DNA of 64,000 nt from Ferruginibacter sp. (GTDB lineage Bacteria > Bacteroidota > Bacteroidia > Chitinophagales > Chitinophagaceae): contig JAURWD010000291.1 in assembly GCA_030655145.1 (NCBI GenBank), positions 1,181 to 65,180 of the forward strand, read 5' to 3'. Shown piece by piece: positions 1 through 10,306 of the stretch. The first letter of the stretch is position 1. Each line of letters starts with the position of its first letter. The position numbers were made by a program, and so were the translations under genes. A model generated the notes under the pieces. The model was given only the letters and a program-made list of their open reading frames with translations, was not told the origin of the DNA and ran no database searches.

Positions 1-117
1 TGGAAATTGATCCCAGTAAAAGAATGGCCGACCTGGATCAAAAAAACAATATGCTTCAACTCAATTGGTAACATCCTAAAAAGAGAGGGTTCAACCAGTT
101 TTCAAGAATGTTTTGAT

Positions 118-639
118 ATGAATATAACAACCCGTCGCGCCACTCTTGATGATGCACCGCAGCTGGCTGACATCGCAAGGCGTACATTTTTCGATACGTT
201 TACAGGCACCTGCACAGAAGTCGATATGGCATCTTTTCTCGAGGCCTATTATAACCTGGACCTGGTGAAAGCAGAATTATCGAACGAGCAGGATATGTAT
301 TTCTTGGCCGAGTCAGGCGGGCAGTTGGTTGGCTATCTCCGGTTCATGGAAGATTATGCAAGCCTGCCCATGATGAAGCAATGGAAGGCGTTGGAACTAA
401 AACGTATATACGTTGATAAGCCTTTTCATGGACAAGGTGTTGCGCAGGTTTTGATTGACCTGGTATTTACCTACGCTGCGGAACATCAATACGAAGTGGT
501 ATGGCTGGGTGTTTGGGAACACAATAAAAAAGCGCAACGCTTTTACGAGAAATATGGTTTTGTGAATTCGGGACATACCCACTATTTCCCGATAGGCAAT
601 ACGCCTCAAACAGATTTTTGGTTTTGGAAATATCTTTAA
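118..639 (+). CDS. GNAT family N-acetyltransferase
   Basis: The ORF 7..639 opens with TTG; the ATG at 118 (MNITTRRATLDDAPQ...) gives a typical ~170-aa GNAT. Acetyl-CoA motif A is visible (RIYVDKPFHGQGVAQVLI), followed by the C-terminal YEKYGF motif. Confidence 0.85.
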   Translation: MNITTRRATLDDAPQLADIARRTFFDTFTGTCTEVDMASFLEAYYNLDLVKAELSNEQDMYFLAESGGQLVGYLRFMEDYASLPMMKQWKALELKRIYVDKPFHGQGVAQVLIDLVFTYAAEHQYEVVWLGVWEHNKKAQRFYEKYGFVNSGHTHYFPIGNTPQTDFWFWKYL

Positions 640-640
640 C

Positions 641-673
641 GAAAAACCTCCAGTATTAGTGGAGGTTTTTTTA
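641..673. terminator. Bidirectional intrinsic terminator between convergent genes
   Basis: The 7-bp stem ACCTCCA/TGGAGGT (646-652 / 660-666) has a 7-nt loop. An A-run on the 5' side and T7 on the 3' side let it work on both strands. Confidence 0.8.
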
Positions 674-699
674 TTGTGCCCGTATGGTAATAATTGAAA

Positions 700-1335
700 T
701 TATCTGCCGAAGAATTTATTGACGGCTTCTATACGGTTACCAACATGCAGTTTTTCATAAATATGATATACATGTTTCCGCACAGTTTGGGGGCTAATGA
801 ATAATTGATCCGCGATCTCTTTGTACAGTAATCCTTTGGAAAGCATTTCGAGAATTTCTTTTTCTCGTTTTGATAATGCACCTAAAGAATCCACTTGTGT
901 TGCAGAAATCGATTTGTTTTGAAAGGTCGTCACTACTTTACGGGCAATCTGGCTGCTCATCGGGGCACCGCCCTCGTATAATTCTTTAATGGCATCCAGC
1001 AATTTATCAGGGGCTGTTTTTTTCAGTACGTAACCATTTGCACCGGCGCTCAGGGCTTCAAAGATTTTCTCGTCTTCCTCATAAACGGTACACATCATAA
1101 AGAGTGTTTCCGGCTGTTCTTCTTTCAATATTCTAACCGCTTCGATACCATTGATACCTCCGAGATTGATGTCCATTAAAACAACGTTGGGCTTGTAGAT
1201 GGGGATGTTTACGATGGCTTCCTCTCCATTGATGCAGGATCCGGCAAGTGTATAACCATCGGCCATATCGATGATCTGTTCTAAGGCGTTCCGGATGTCG
1301 TGGTTATCTTCGACTATGGCGACTGAAATATTCAT
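700..1335 (-). CDS. NarL/LuxR-family response regulator (REC + LuxR HTH)
   Basis: The receiver domain is visible (VAIVEDNHDIR..., VLMDINLGG, GANGYVLK). The C-terminal LuxR HTH follows (LSKREKEILEMLSKGLLYKEIADQLFISPQTVRKHVYHIYEKL). I chose the ATG at 1335 (MNISV). Confidence 0.9.
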   Translation of the reverse strand: MNISVAIVEDNHDIRNALEQIIDMADGYTLAGSCINGEEAIVNIPIYKPNVVLMDINLGGINGIEAVRILKEEQPETLFMMCTVYEEDEKIFEALSAGANGYVLKKTAPDKLLDAIKELYEGGAPMSSQIARKVVTTFQNKSISATQVDSLGALSKREKEILEMLSKGLLYKEIADQLFISPQTVRKHVYHIYEKLHVGNRIEAVNKFFGR

Positions 1336-1395
1336 GAATAACAAAGGTCTTCAAAATTAGGAGGGTGACAATACCCTAAAGTGAGTATAGAAAAA

Positions 1396-2010
1396 CTAGA
1401 AAGGAACGTGCAGGAGGAATTTCTCTTTGAAAAATGGTTCTTCAAAAAGCTTTTCAATTTCCCAAACCCTTGGTTTGCAGTTGCTTTCAAAAATTTCTGT
1501 TGCCAGGTCGCCACCTTTGAGGCAAATAAGACCGCCAGGCTCGCTGCCTTTTTTCAAAAGCGGTTTGCTCCATACCCACAGGTCTTTCAGCGGGGCGACA
1601 GCTCTTGACACAACCACATCAAATTTTCTGCTCTTGATGTCTTCAGCACGGGTATGCTGTGTTGTAAGGTTCTCAATATTTAGTGATGCCACGACCTCGT
1701 TAACAACCTTGAGTTTTTTGTTGATGCTATCTACCAGGTGAAACTGCACTTCCGGGAAAAAAATTGCCAGGGGGACACCCGGGAAACCGCCACCGGCGCC
1801 AAGATCCATCACTTGCTGGTTAGGTTTAAATTCAAACTGGGTAGCGATTGCCAGCGAATGAAGTACATGGTGCATGTAAAAATTTTCCATGTCCTTGCGG
1901 GAGATCACGTTTATTTTTTCATTCCATTCTGCATACAGCGCTTTTAAGCCATCAAATTGACGAAGCTGTTCAACAGAAAAATCCGCAAAGTATTTGGTAA
2001 CTATTTCCAT
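1396..2010 (-). CDS. rsmG: 16S rRNA (guanine527-N7)-methyltransferase RsmG
   Basis: The GidB/RsmG signature is present: SAM motif VMDLGAGGGFPGVPLAI, then DSINKKLKVV and VVSRAVAPL. The start is set at the internal ATG (MEIVTKYF), because the 60-aa upstream extension overlaps the neighbouring gene. Confidence 0.9.
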   Translation of the reverse strand: MEIVTKYFADFSVEQLRQFDGLKALYAEWNEKINVISRKDMENFYMHHVLHSLAIATQFEFKPNQQVMDLGAGGGFPGVPLAIFFPEVQFHLVDSINKKLKVVNEVVASLNIENLTTQHTRAEDIKSRKFDVVVSRAVAPLKDLWVWSKPLLKKGSEPGGLICLKGGDLATEIFESNCKPRVWEIEKLFEEPFFKEKFLLHVPF

Positions 2011-3122
2011 GCCTGGGCTGGTTTTTTTATCAATGTGCGTGCAAAGATGAGGTAATAAAAAAACATCCAAAGGTCGAAGAAGAAGAACCAGGGAAACAGG
2101 TCTTTCTCTCCTAATTTTTTCATTGCCGGGTGCAACACCAATCCTTGAACCAGCAAGCGCAGGCAGAAAATTACCAGCGCAAGTTTCCAACTGTACAACA
2201 CAAGCGTGGCGACAAATAAAGGATAGAACAAAAAATGAGAAAGGGAATAACCGCCTAACAAGAACTTATGAATCGGCCGGTAATATTTTGCAGTTGTGTA
2301 ATGCCGTTGTTTTTGACGGGCCCATTCGGCCCAGGTGCTGGCGGGTTCGCTTAAGGTAAATGCAGTATTGTCAACGTTAATCTTTGTATTTGTTTTGGTA
2401 CCTGCTGCGCCAATGAACAGATCGTCATCTCCACTCGCCACATGATTGTGAGCTGAGAAACCTTTGTGTCGAAAAAAAACCGTTTTACGATAACTGAGAT
2501 TTCTTCCCACACCCATGTATGGTTTGCCGGCCAGCGCATAACTCAGGTATTGAATCGCGGTGTGAAATGTTTCCCATCTTACCAATTTATTCAGGATGCC
2601 CTTTTTTTTATGATACGCGCCATAGCCCAAAACAATCTCGGTATTATCGTCGTAGGTTGCCTGCATCTGGCTGATCCAGTTTTCACTGGCAGGCACACAA
2701 TCTGCATCAGTTAATAAAACAATTTCGTGCTTCGCAGTTTTAATGCCGATGCTTAACGGAAATTTTTTGCCGGGAATCATCTTTGCTTCCTGCTTCAACT
2801 CCACCACCTTCAGTTGCCTGAATTCTTTCTGAAAAGCCTCCAGCAGGTATTTGCTTTCATCAAAGGAGTTGTCATCCACAACAATCACTTCATGGGTTGT
2901 GCTGTATTGCTGTACCAACGATCCAGGAAGATTTTTCGCTAAATTTGCCGCCTCGTCGCGGGCACAGATGATGACGGACACCGGGTTGGTATGCGAATGA
3001 TCCTTTACGTTGGGTTTGTAGTAACCCAGGCGAAGAAAAAAGAAAAGGTAGTAAAACAGTTGAGTTAAGGTAACCAGGCAGAAGGTATAAAATAATACCT
3101 GCCACCAAAGGGTAAAATTCAT
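2001..3122 (-). CDS. Family 2 glycosyltransferase (membrane-anchored)
   Basis: An N-terminal TM segment is followed by the GT-A fold motifs VSVIICARDEAANL, VVDDNSFDES and LLTDADCVP (DxD). C-terminal TM helices follow. The gene overlaps the rsmG start by 10 nt. Confidence 0.85.
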   Translation of the reverse strand: MNFTLWWQVLFYTFCLVTLTQLFYYLFFFLRLGYYKPNVKDHSHTNPVSVIICARDEAANLAKNLPGSLVQQYSTTHEVIVVDDNSFDESKYLLEAFQKEFRQLKVVELKQEAKMIPGKKFPLSIGIKTAKHEIVLLTDADCVPASENWISQMQATYDDNTEIVLGYGAYHKKKGILNKLVRWETFHTAIQYLSYALAGKPYMGVGRNLSYRKTVFFRHKGFSAHNHVASGDDDLFIGAAGTKTNTKINVDNTAFTLSEPASTWAEWARQKQRHYTTAKYYRPIHKFLLGGYSLSHFLFYPLFVATLVLYSWKLALVIFCLRLLVQGLVLHPAMKKLGEKDLFPWFFFFDLWMFFYYLIFARTLIKKPAQAWK

Positions 3123-3229
3123 ATACGAAAATAAGGATTGATGCCTAATCTCGATGAAATCACCTACTATAAAACAAAAACAATTTCAATTAAATCAATA
3201 CCAGGCACCGTTTTCTAACGGGTATTAAT

Positions 3230-4369
3230 ATGGCAGCATTACAATTTGATTTATCTCATACCGACCAGTTAACGAAAGCCCGCGTTGGTACGATCACTAC
3301 CGATCACGGCCAGATTCAAACCCCGATCTTTATGCCGGTTGGCACAGTCGGAAGTGTTAAGACCGTCACCCAGCAACAATTGGCAACAGATGTAAAGGCA
3401 CAGGTTATCCTTGGTAATACCTATCATCTTTTTTTGCGCCCCGGCCTCGAAACTTTGGAAGCTGCCGGTGGTCTTCACCGGTTTAATGGGTGGGATCGCC
3501 CCATACTTACAGACAGCGGTGGTTACCAGGTTTTCTCGCTGGCCAATAATCGAAAGATCAATGAAGAGGGGGTTATTTTTCAATCCCATATCGACGGGGG
3601 AAAGCATTTGTTTACACCAGAAAACGTGATGGATATCCAGCGCATAATCGGTGGTGATATCATTATGGCATTTGACGAATGTCCGCCCTATCCCAGTGAT
3701 TACAATTATGCGAAGAAGAGCATGGAGTTAACTCACCGTTGGCTTGATCGCTGTATCAAACGTTTCGACGAAACCGCTGGTAAATACAACTATACTCAAA
3801 ATCTTTTTCCCATCATCCAGGGAAGTACCTATGCTGATTTGCGCAAGGCTTCCTCCGAATTCGTCGCATCCAAACACGCGGTTGGTAATGCGATCGGAGG
3901 TTTAAGTGTAGGAGAACCGGTTGAAAAAATGTATGAGTTTACAGAGTACTGTTGTGATATTCTTCCGGCAGATAAACCCCGTTATTTAATGGGCGTTGGA
4001 ACACCGTGGAATATCCTTGAATGTATTGCGCTTGGAGTTGACATGTTTGATTGCGTGATGCCAACGCGTAACGGTCGCAATGCGATGTTATTTACCAGTA
4101 ACGGCGTCATCAATATTGACAACAAAAAATGGGAGCGGGATTTTTCACCCATCGATGTCGAAATAGACTGTACTGTCAGCAACTTTTACAGCAAGGCCTA
4201 TGTGCGGCACCTGATGAAGGCGAAGGAAATGCTGGGTTTAACCATCGCGAGTATCCATAACCTCGCGTTCTACTTGTGGCTGGTAACGGAAGCCCGCAAG
4301 CACATCACCAATGGGGATTTTCAATCCTGGAAAAATGAGCTTGTCCCAAGGTTACAGCAGCGGCTGTGA
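3230..4369 (+). CDS. tgt: Queuine tRNA-ribosyltransferase
   Basis: The full-length Tgt pattern is present: TPIFMPVGT, LGNTYHL, LTDSGGYQV, MAFDEC and GLSVGE. The zinc site CxCxxC-like region is also visible (CDCVMPTRNGRN). Confidence 0.95.
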   Translation: MAALQFDLSHTDQLTKARVGTITTDHGQIQTPIFMPVGTVGSVKTVTQQQLATDVKAQVILGNTYHLFLRPGLETLEAAGGLHRFNGWDRPILTDSGGYQVFSLANNRKINEEGVIFQSHIDGGKHLFTPENVMDIQRIIGGDIIMAFDECPPYPSDYNYAKKSMELTHRWLDRCIKRFDETAGKYNYTQNLFPIIQGSTYADLRKASSEFVASKHAVGNAIGGLSVGEPVEKMYEFTEYCCDILPADKPRYLMGVGTPWNILECIALGVDMFDCVMPTRNGRNAMLFTSNGVINIDNKKWERDFSPIDVEIDCTVSNFYSKAYVRHLMKAKEMLGLTIASIHNLAFYLWLVTEARKHITNGDFQSWKNELVPRLQQRL

Positions 4370-4512
4370 TAAATATGGAGGACAATCCTCCGTGTCGAGC
4401 TACAGTCCGGCGGTATCCCTTGCAGTTTGGGTTTCCGGAATTATTTCTATATTTAGGATGGAAATGAAAACCAGGACTTTAAGTCCATTTGACGAATTCA
4501 ATACATCCCACT

Positions 4513-5217
4513 ATGAAAAAATTGCTCCTATCATTATCCCTTGCTGTAAGTGTTATCCTCACCACAACAGCCCAGGAAACTCCCCTAAACCTTCCTAAAG
4601 ACGCCCCGGTTAACGTAGTAATTAAAGATGCGAAGACAGGTAATTTCTTAAATCACGAACTCGTGGTTTTCCGCAGCAAGATCAACAGCCGCGAATACCA
4701 GGGCCTAAGCGACGAACAGGGGAAATTTTCTTTGCGTTTACCCGCTGGTGATAAGTATGAAATTTTTGTCCTCGGATTCCAGGATTCCACCAGCTATAAC
4801 GTATTAGACATCCCAGCCCTGAAAGGAAATGGTTTTTACAAAAATCCTTTCAATGTAAATATTGAATTTGAGGCACCGGCTTCTTTTGTACTCGAGAATT
4901 GCACTTTTGAATCTGGCAAAGCAACACTGGTTCCCGAGGCTTACAAGGTGTTGAATGAGTTGGTAGAATACCTGAAGCGGAAGGATGATGAAAAGATAGA
5001 GATCGGTGGACATACCGACAATGTGGGGAAGGCAGAAGCTAATATGATCTTATCAAAAGACCGCGCCAACACTGTAATGGCCTACCTGGTAAGCCAGGGT
5101 ATTACACCCGATCGGCTGACTGCAAAGGGGTATGGTTTTACAGAACCGATAACTGACAATGATACGGACGAGGGAAGGCAAACTAATCGCCGCACCGAGG
5201 TTAAGATCATTCAATAA
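4513..5217 (+). CDS. OmpA-family protein with signal peptide
   Basis: The signal peptide is MKKLLLSLSLAVSVILTTTAQ. The C-terminal OmpA peptidoglycan-binding domain is visible (GHTDNVGKAEANMILSKDRANTVMAYL...NRRTEVKI). Confidence 0.9.
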   Translation: MKKLLLSLSLAVSVILTTTAQETPLNLPKDAPVNVVIKDAKTGNFLNHELVVFRSKINSREYQGLSDEQGKFSLRLPAGDKYEIFVLGFQDSTSYNVLDIPALKGNGFYKNPFNVNIEFEAPASFVLENCTFESGKATLVPEAYKVLNELVEYLKRKDDEKIEIGGHTDNVGKAEANMILSKDRANTVMAYLVSQGITPDRLTAKGYGFTEPITDNDTDEGRQTNRRTEVKIIQ

Positions 5218-5244
5218 GTCGGTCATTCGCGGGTTTAACAAATT

Positions 5245-5270
5245 CATGTACGACCGGTACATGATTTTCA
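5245..5270 (+). terminator. Putative intrinsic terminator after the OmpA-family gene
   Basis: The stem CATGTAC/GTACATG has a 5-nt loop and is followed by ATTTTC. The T-tract is short. Confidence 0.45.
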
Positions 5271-5335
5271 CAATTAGTTCACATCGCCATTTTTGATGCT
5301 GCGGCTTTTAAGTTAGTTTTGCCGCACAAGCATTC

Positions 5336-6424
5336 ATGAAGAAAATAGATAGTTACATACTGAAGAGATACCTGACTACCTTTTTTTTCTGTTTACTATT
5401 ATTTACGGTAATTGTTGTCGTAATCGACATTAGTGAAAAAACGGATGACTTTGTAAAATCCAAATTGCCCGTTAGCCGGATCATTACGGATTACTATTTT
5501 GGTCTCGTTCCCCGCATCGACGCGATGCTCTTTCCCTTGTTTGTTTTTATAGCGGTCATTTTCTTTACGGCGAAAATGGCGGATAAGTCGGAGGTGATTG
5601 CCATACTTGCCAGTGGCGTAAGTTTTAGAAGATTCCTGCTACCGTACTGGATCGGAAGTATTTTTTTGTCCTCCATGCTTTGGTTGATCTACCAGTTTGT
5701 ATTACCCAGGGCGAATGCTATTTGGGGTACTTTCGAGGCGAAGTATGTTGATTACTATTCGCCTACCGATCCACGTTCCTTTCCACAGAATTATTACTTC
5801 CGCATTGATTCAAACACCTACGCTGGCATTAAATATTACGATACCAGCAGCAAAGCCGGCGGGAACTTCTTCATCCAGCAATTTGCGCACAATACCCTCA
5901 AGTATAATTTACGGGCAGATAATATCATCTGGGACACCGCCTCCAGGAAATGGCGCCTGAACACCGTGATGGAGCGAACATTCACCGGCAACAAAGAAAC
6001 GGCGGTGCATAGTGACATGAAGCTGATGAATTACAATTTCAAACCGGTCGATCTGCGTAAGGATGAATATTTAAAAGACCGGTTGCCTACACCTGAGTTG
6101 AAACAGTTGATCGCAAAGGAAGAGATGCGGGGTTCTGAAGGCATCAATGCTTTGTTGGTGGAGCGATATAACCGCGATGCCATTCCGGTTTCCGTAATAA
6201 TCCTGTCGATGATAGGCGCTACGATTTCTTCAAGAAAGGTGAGGGGAGGGAGTGGTTTTCACCTGGCCGTAGGCGTTGTGCTCAGTGTGTTATATATCCT
6301 CTTCGGCCGTTTTGCGCTAGTGTTTGCAACTAAGGGGAATTTTACGCCAGTCCTGGCGGCCTGGGTACCCAACATAATTTTCGGCCTACTCGCTTATTAT
6401 TTCTACCGAAGAGCTGCCCGATAA
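5336..6424 (+). CDS. LptF/LptG-family LPS export permease
   Basis: The YjgP/YjgQ architecture is present: MKKIDSYILKRYL, three N-terminal TM helices, a periplasmic beta-jellyroll region and three C-terminal TM helices. Confidence 0.9.
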   Translation: MKKIDSYILKRYLTTFFFCLLLFTVIVVVIDISEKTDDFVKSKLPVSRIITDYYFGLVPRIDAMLFPLFVFIAVIFFTAKMADKSEVIAILASGVSFRRFLLPYWIGSIFLSSMLWLIYQFVLPRANAIWGTFEAKYVDYYSPTDPRSFPQNYYFRIDSNTYAGIKYYDTSSKAGGNFFIQQFAHNTLKYNLRADNIIWDTASRKWRLNTVMERTFTGNKETAVHSDMKLMNYNFKPVDLRKDEYLKDRLPTPELKQLIAKEEMRGSEGINALLVERYNRDAIPVSVIILSMIGATISSRKVRGGSGFHLAVGVVLSVLYILFGRFALVFATKGNFTPVLAAWVPNIIFGLLAYYFYRRAAR

Positions 6425-6455
6425 TAATACTCCAACTTTGACCGGTCCCCTGGTC

Positions 6456-6794
6456 TTAAGATGTTTTTTTTTCGCCGTTCCGGCGGGAAATTTCCACAAC
6501 AACTATGATGAGTAGCCCAGCGGTATAAGCAACAATGTCAAGCCAGGCAAAGGTATTTCCAACGACAACATTTGCCATTTCGTTCTGCCTGAGCTCGAGG
6601 TATGCGAGAAGGTTAAGCGCCTGCAGCACTTCAAGGCAACAGGCAAAAATCCAACTTCCGATGGCCACTTTCAGCCAGGGGAAATTGAAGCCACTTTGTA
6701 TAAAGCAGTACAACAACATTACGGCAAGCGTGTCTCCTCCGTATGGTCGCAGGAAAGCGTCGCGAACGAATAGTGCGATAATGACTTCGACCAT
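6456..6794 (-). CDS. Small polytopic membrane protein (DUF2809-like; label from memory)
   Basis: The ORF has three or four hydrophobic segments and the motif FLRPYGGDTLAVMLLY. The frame stays open upstream (FRFNRSYFLLAVLLL), so the true start may be a non-ATG codon further 5'. Confidence 0.6.
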   Translation of the reverse strand: MVEVIIALFVRDAFLRPYGGDTLAVMLLYCFIQSGFNFPWLKVAIGSWIFACCLEVLQALNLLAYLELRQNEMANVVVGNTFAWLDIVAYTAGLLIIVVVEISRRNGEKKTS

Positions 6795-6876
6795 TAATAG
6801 CAGAACGGCCAGTAAGAAATAACTCCTGTTGAAACGGAATATGGCTGAAGTTGTGAAGATCGTTTGGGTGTGAGCG

Positions 6877-7671
6877 TTAGCCTTTTAAAATTTTATTATA
6901 GCTGGTGGCGATTCCCTTGATCAACGAGGAGCTGAAGCCCTGGTGCTCCATTTCGTTAAGGCCCGCGATGGTACAACCTTTAGGCGTGGTAACTTTATCA
7001 ATTTCCTGCTCGGGATGGGTTCCTTTTTGCAACAGTAGTTCCGCCGCGCCCTTCACCGTTTGTGCAGCGATCAAATTAGCTGTCGCCGAGTCAAAGCCGA
7101 TCTCAATACCACCCTGGATGTTTGCCCGAATATAGCGCATCGCATAGGCGGTGCCGCAGGCTCCCAATACGGTAGCTGCGTCCATCAACTTCTCGTCGAT
7201 CACCGTTGTTTTACCAACCGTATTAAACAAATCGGTGACATACTTGATTTGGGTACTGCTACTGTTTGAAAAGCTTAGGCAAGTCATGCTTTGTTGAATG
7301 GCAATAGCAGTGTTTGGCATTGCGCGGCATACAGCAAGTTGTTTGGTAAGCGCCTGTTCAATGTCTTGAATGAGCACTCCCGTCACAACCGATACCACCA
7401 TGTGGCTGCTGGTGAGTTGCTTGAGAAATCCATTCAGCACGTCGATTACCTGCCAGGGTTTGATGGCCAGTATCACGAGGTCGCTTGCCTTCACCGCCGC
7501 CACATTGTCGCTCGTGATTTTCACTCCAATCGCTGCCAGGTGTTGAATGGTTGCGAGATTTCTTTTCGTAACCGTGATATCCGACGGCTTGCAGAATTTG
7601 CTTTTAATCAATCCTTCCGCAATCGCGGTACCCAGGTTTCCCCCACCGATGATCGCAATTTTCTTATTCAT
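6877..7671 (-). CDS. proC: Pyrroline-5-carboxylate reductase
   Basis: The Rossmann motif IAIIGGGNLGTAI is present, as is the ProC C-terminal dimerisation signature (TTPKGCTIAGLNEME). Confidence 0.93.
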   Translation of the reverse strand: MNKKIAIIGGGNLGTAIAEGLIKSKFCKPSDITVTKRNLATIQHLAAIGVKITSDNVAAVKASDLVILAIKPWQVIDVLNGFLKQLTSSHMVVSVVTGVLIQDIEQALTKQLAVCRAMPNTAIAIQQSMTCLSFSNSSSTQIKYVTDLFNTVGKTTVIDEKLMDAATVLGACGTAYAMRYIRANIQGGIEIGFDSATANLIAAQTVKGAAELLLQKGTHPEQEIDKVTTPKGCTIAGLNEMEHQGFSSSLIKGIATSYNKILKG

Positions 7672-7723
7672 AATTAAAAACTTAAATAGTTGTTCCTGCT
7701 TCGGAGTTGTTTTAATAATTGTG

Positions 7724-9961
7724 CTACAGTGCGGTCAAGGCCTGTTCGGACGCCTGCCCGGCTAGCAAATTGCCAATGGCATTGTCATATTTGTCCTTCC
7801 AACCGGTGATCGTTCCCCAGGGCTCATTGTCTATTGAAATGGCGCCGTCGGTAACTACGCCAAGATCTTCAACAGGGATATTCAACACAGAGATCTTCCG
7901 CATAAATTCCGCGTGTTGTTTTGCACTTACAGTAACAACAACCCGACTTTGCGCCTCGCCGAAAAGAAACGCGTCTTTCCTTATTTGTTCATTCGTTTCG
8001 ATGCTGTATCCCAGGTGACGATTGAAACCGCTTTCTGTTAGGGTAACAAACAAACCACCTTCACTTACATCGTGTGCAGATGAGATCAATTGATCATGAA
8101 TTAAAGATTCAATCACCCGATGCAGGGCAAATTCTTCGTCAAGGTCAAAATGAGGTGCAGGGCTAAACTCAACCCCATGAATTTTATGCAGATATTCAGA
8201 CGAGTTGATATCGTCGCGGCTTTCGCCTACTAAAATAATGTGGTCTCCGGCCTGTTTGTAATCCATGGTCATTTTTCTACTTGCATCTTCCAGTAGACCA
8301 ACCATGCCGATCGTCGGGGTAGGGTAGACCGGCCCTTCAGGCGACTGGTTATAAAAACTAACGTTACCACCTGTTACCGGGGTATCAAATTTTAAGCAGG
8401 CCTCACCCATGCCTTTGATGGCATTCACAAACTGGTAATACACTTCCGGATTGTACGGGTTTCCAAAGTTCAGGCAATTGGTAACGCCTAAAGGCTGACC
8501 CCCACTGCAAACGATGTTGCGGGCAGCTTCGGCCACGGCAATCATTGCTCCTTTGTACGGATCCGCAAACACATACCGGCTGTTGCAATCCGTGGTAAGT
8601 GCTAACGCTTTATTGGTTGGTTTCGCCACCACGATGGCCGCATCACTTGGAGCATTCGTACTCGTTGTGCCAGCGCCCACCATGCTATCGTATTGAGTAT
8701 AAACCCAACGCTTATTCGCAATATTTGGAATCTCAATCAGTTGCTCCGCTACCGACTGCAAGTTGATTGGCAGGTCGATGCTGGCAGGATCGAAATTGTT
8801 GATCTCTTTTAAGTAAGTAGGTTCTGTATACTCGCGGTCGTATTGCGGAGCTCCGCCACCAAGTACCAATTCAGCAGCTGGCAATGTTGCTTCAAGTACA
8901 CCGTTCATTGAAAATTCCAGCATACCCGTAGTCGTTACTACGCCAATTTCACTACACGGTAAGTCCCATTTTTCGAACACTTCCAATACTTCAGCCTCCC
9001 GTCCTTTTTCAACCACCATTAACATTCTTTCCTGGCTTTCACTCAGGAGCAATTCCCAGGCTTTCATATTTTGCTGGCGCATCGGCACTTTATCCAGGTC
9101 AATTTTCATCCCTGCATTTCCTTTGGCACTCATTTCGGCGGTTGAGCAAATGATGCCTGCTGCGCCCATATCCTGCATACCTACAATGGCGCCGGTTTTG
9201 ATCACTTCAAGACAAGCTTCCAGCAATTTCTTTTCCTGGAACGGATCTCCCACCTGCACCGCTGGCAAGTCTTCCGCGCTGTCTGCGGTAATATTTGCCG
9301 AGGCAAACGAGGCTCCACCAATGCCGTCTTTGCCCGTAGCGCTACCGACAAAGAAGACCGGGTTGCCTTCACCTTCAGCGATCGCAGAAATCGTTTCGCC
9401 ATTTTTCAGGATGCCCACGCTCATCGCATTTACGAGCGGGTTGGTATGATAACAGCCTTCAAAATATATTTCTCCACCTACGGTGGGAACACCAAAACAA
9501 TTTCCGTAATGCCCGATGCCATGAACAACGCCTGCTAACAAATGCTGAGTTTTAGCCTCGGTAAGATTTCCAAAACGGAGAGAATTTAAAGAAGCGATGG
9601 GACGGGCTCCCATAGTAAATATATCGCGGTGAATACCGCCCACACCAGTTGCAGCACCCTGGAAAGGTTCAATTGCACTGGGGTGATTATGACTTTCGAT
9701 TTTAAACACCACTCCATATCCATCCCCAATATCCATCAGCCCCGCATTCTCTTCACCCGCCTTTACCAACATTTTCTTTCCATCCCGCGGAAGCGTTTTT
9801 AACCACTTAATTGAATTTTTATAACTGCAATGCTCACTCCACATAGCGCTGAAGCAACAGAGCTCCGTGAAATTGGGTGTTCGTCCCAGTTTTTGTTTGA
9901 TGAGTTCAAATTCGTCGGCCGTTAGACGAAGTTGTTCGGCTGTAGTTGCTGTTATCTCCAT
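7724..9961 (-). CDS. purL: Phosphoribosylformylglycinamidine synthase subunit PurL (small-PurL type)
   Basis: The 745-aa product has duplicated AIR-synthase-like domains (SHNHPSAIEPFQGAATGVGG, DCNSRY..., GGNVSFYN). At this size, separate purQ and purS genes are expected elsewhere. Confidence 0.95.
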   Translation of the reverse strand: MEITATTAEQLRLTADEFELIKQKLGRTPNFTELCCFSAMWSEHCSYKNSIKWLKTLPRDGKKMLVKAGEENAGLMDIGDGYGVVFKIESHNHPSAIEPFQGAATGVGGIHRDIFTMGARPIASLNSLRFGNLTEAKTQHLLAGVVHGIGHYGNCFGVPTVGGEIYFEGCYHTNPLVNAMSVGILKNGETISAIAEGEGNPVFFVGSATGKDGIGGASFASANITADSAEDLPAVQVGDPFQEKKLLEACLEVIKTGAIVGMQDMGAAGIICSTAEMSAKGNAGMKIDLDKVPMRQQNMKAWELLLSESQERMLMVVEKGREAEVLEVFEKWDLPCSEIGVVTTTGMLEFSMNGVLEATLPAAELVLGGGAPQYDREYTEPTYLKEINNFDPASIDLPINLQSVAEQLIEIPNIANKRWVYTQYDSMVGAGTTSTNAPSDAAIVVAKPTNKALALTTDCNSRYVFADPYKGAMIAVAEAARNIVCSGGQPLGVTNCLNFGNPYNPEVYYQFVNAIKGMGEACLKFDTPVTGGNVSFYNQSPEGPVYPTPTIGMVGLLEDASRKMTMDYKQAGDHIILVGESRDDINSSEYLHKIHGVEFSPAPHFDLDEEFALHRVIESLIHDQLISSAHDVSEGGLFVTLTESGFNRHLGYSIETNEQIRKDAFLFGEAQSRVVVTVSAKQHAEFMRKISVLNIPVEDLGVVTDGAISIDNEPWGTITGWKDKYDNAIGNLLAGQASEQALTAL

Positions 9962-10306
9962 AATAGTTTAAGAAAGTGCGAAAGTACAACCTGTATTCCT
10001 TTTTATTTGGATGAGTGAACTTTATTATTCTTGCTAAAAGCGGGATCCACGGGCAGCCCAACGTCTAGGCTAAAAAAGTTTCACCATAAGATCCATTTAG
10101 CAGTTTGGATATTGCCTGTTATTATATCGACGATGCACCAAAACCTAATCCTATCAGCCATAATTTCTCCATACAAGTATTGCATTAAAAAATAATTACA
10201 TATTTGTATTTTGGCGAAAAAACTGATTTTTTTCTAAAACAAATAATGTTTTCGTCTAATTACGATTAAAAAAATCGTACTTTGTGCCCTCAAAACCTAA
10301 AAATAG

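Noticed and set aside
2011-2190. I considered the 60-codon N-terminal extension of the rsmG ORF (METCAGNFLP...).
   Set aside because: It overlaps the C-terminal coding region of the GT2 gene. RsmG homology begins at the internal MEIVTKYF.
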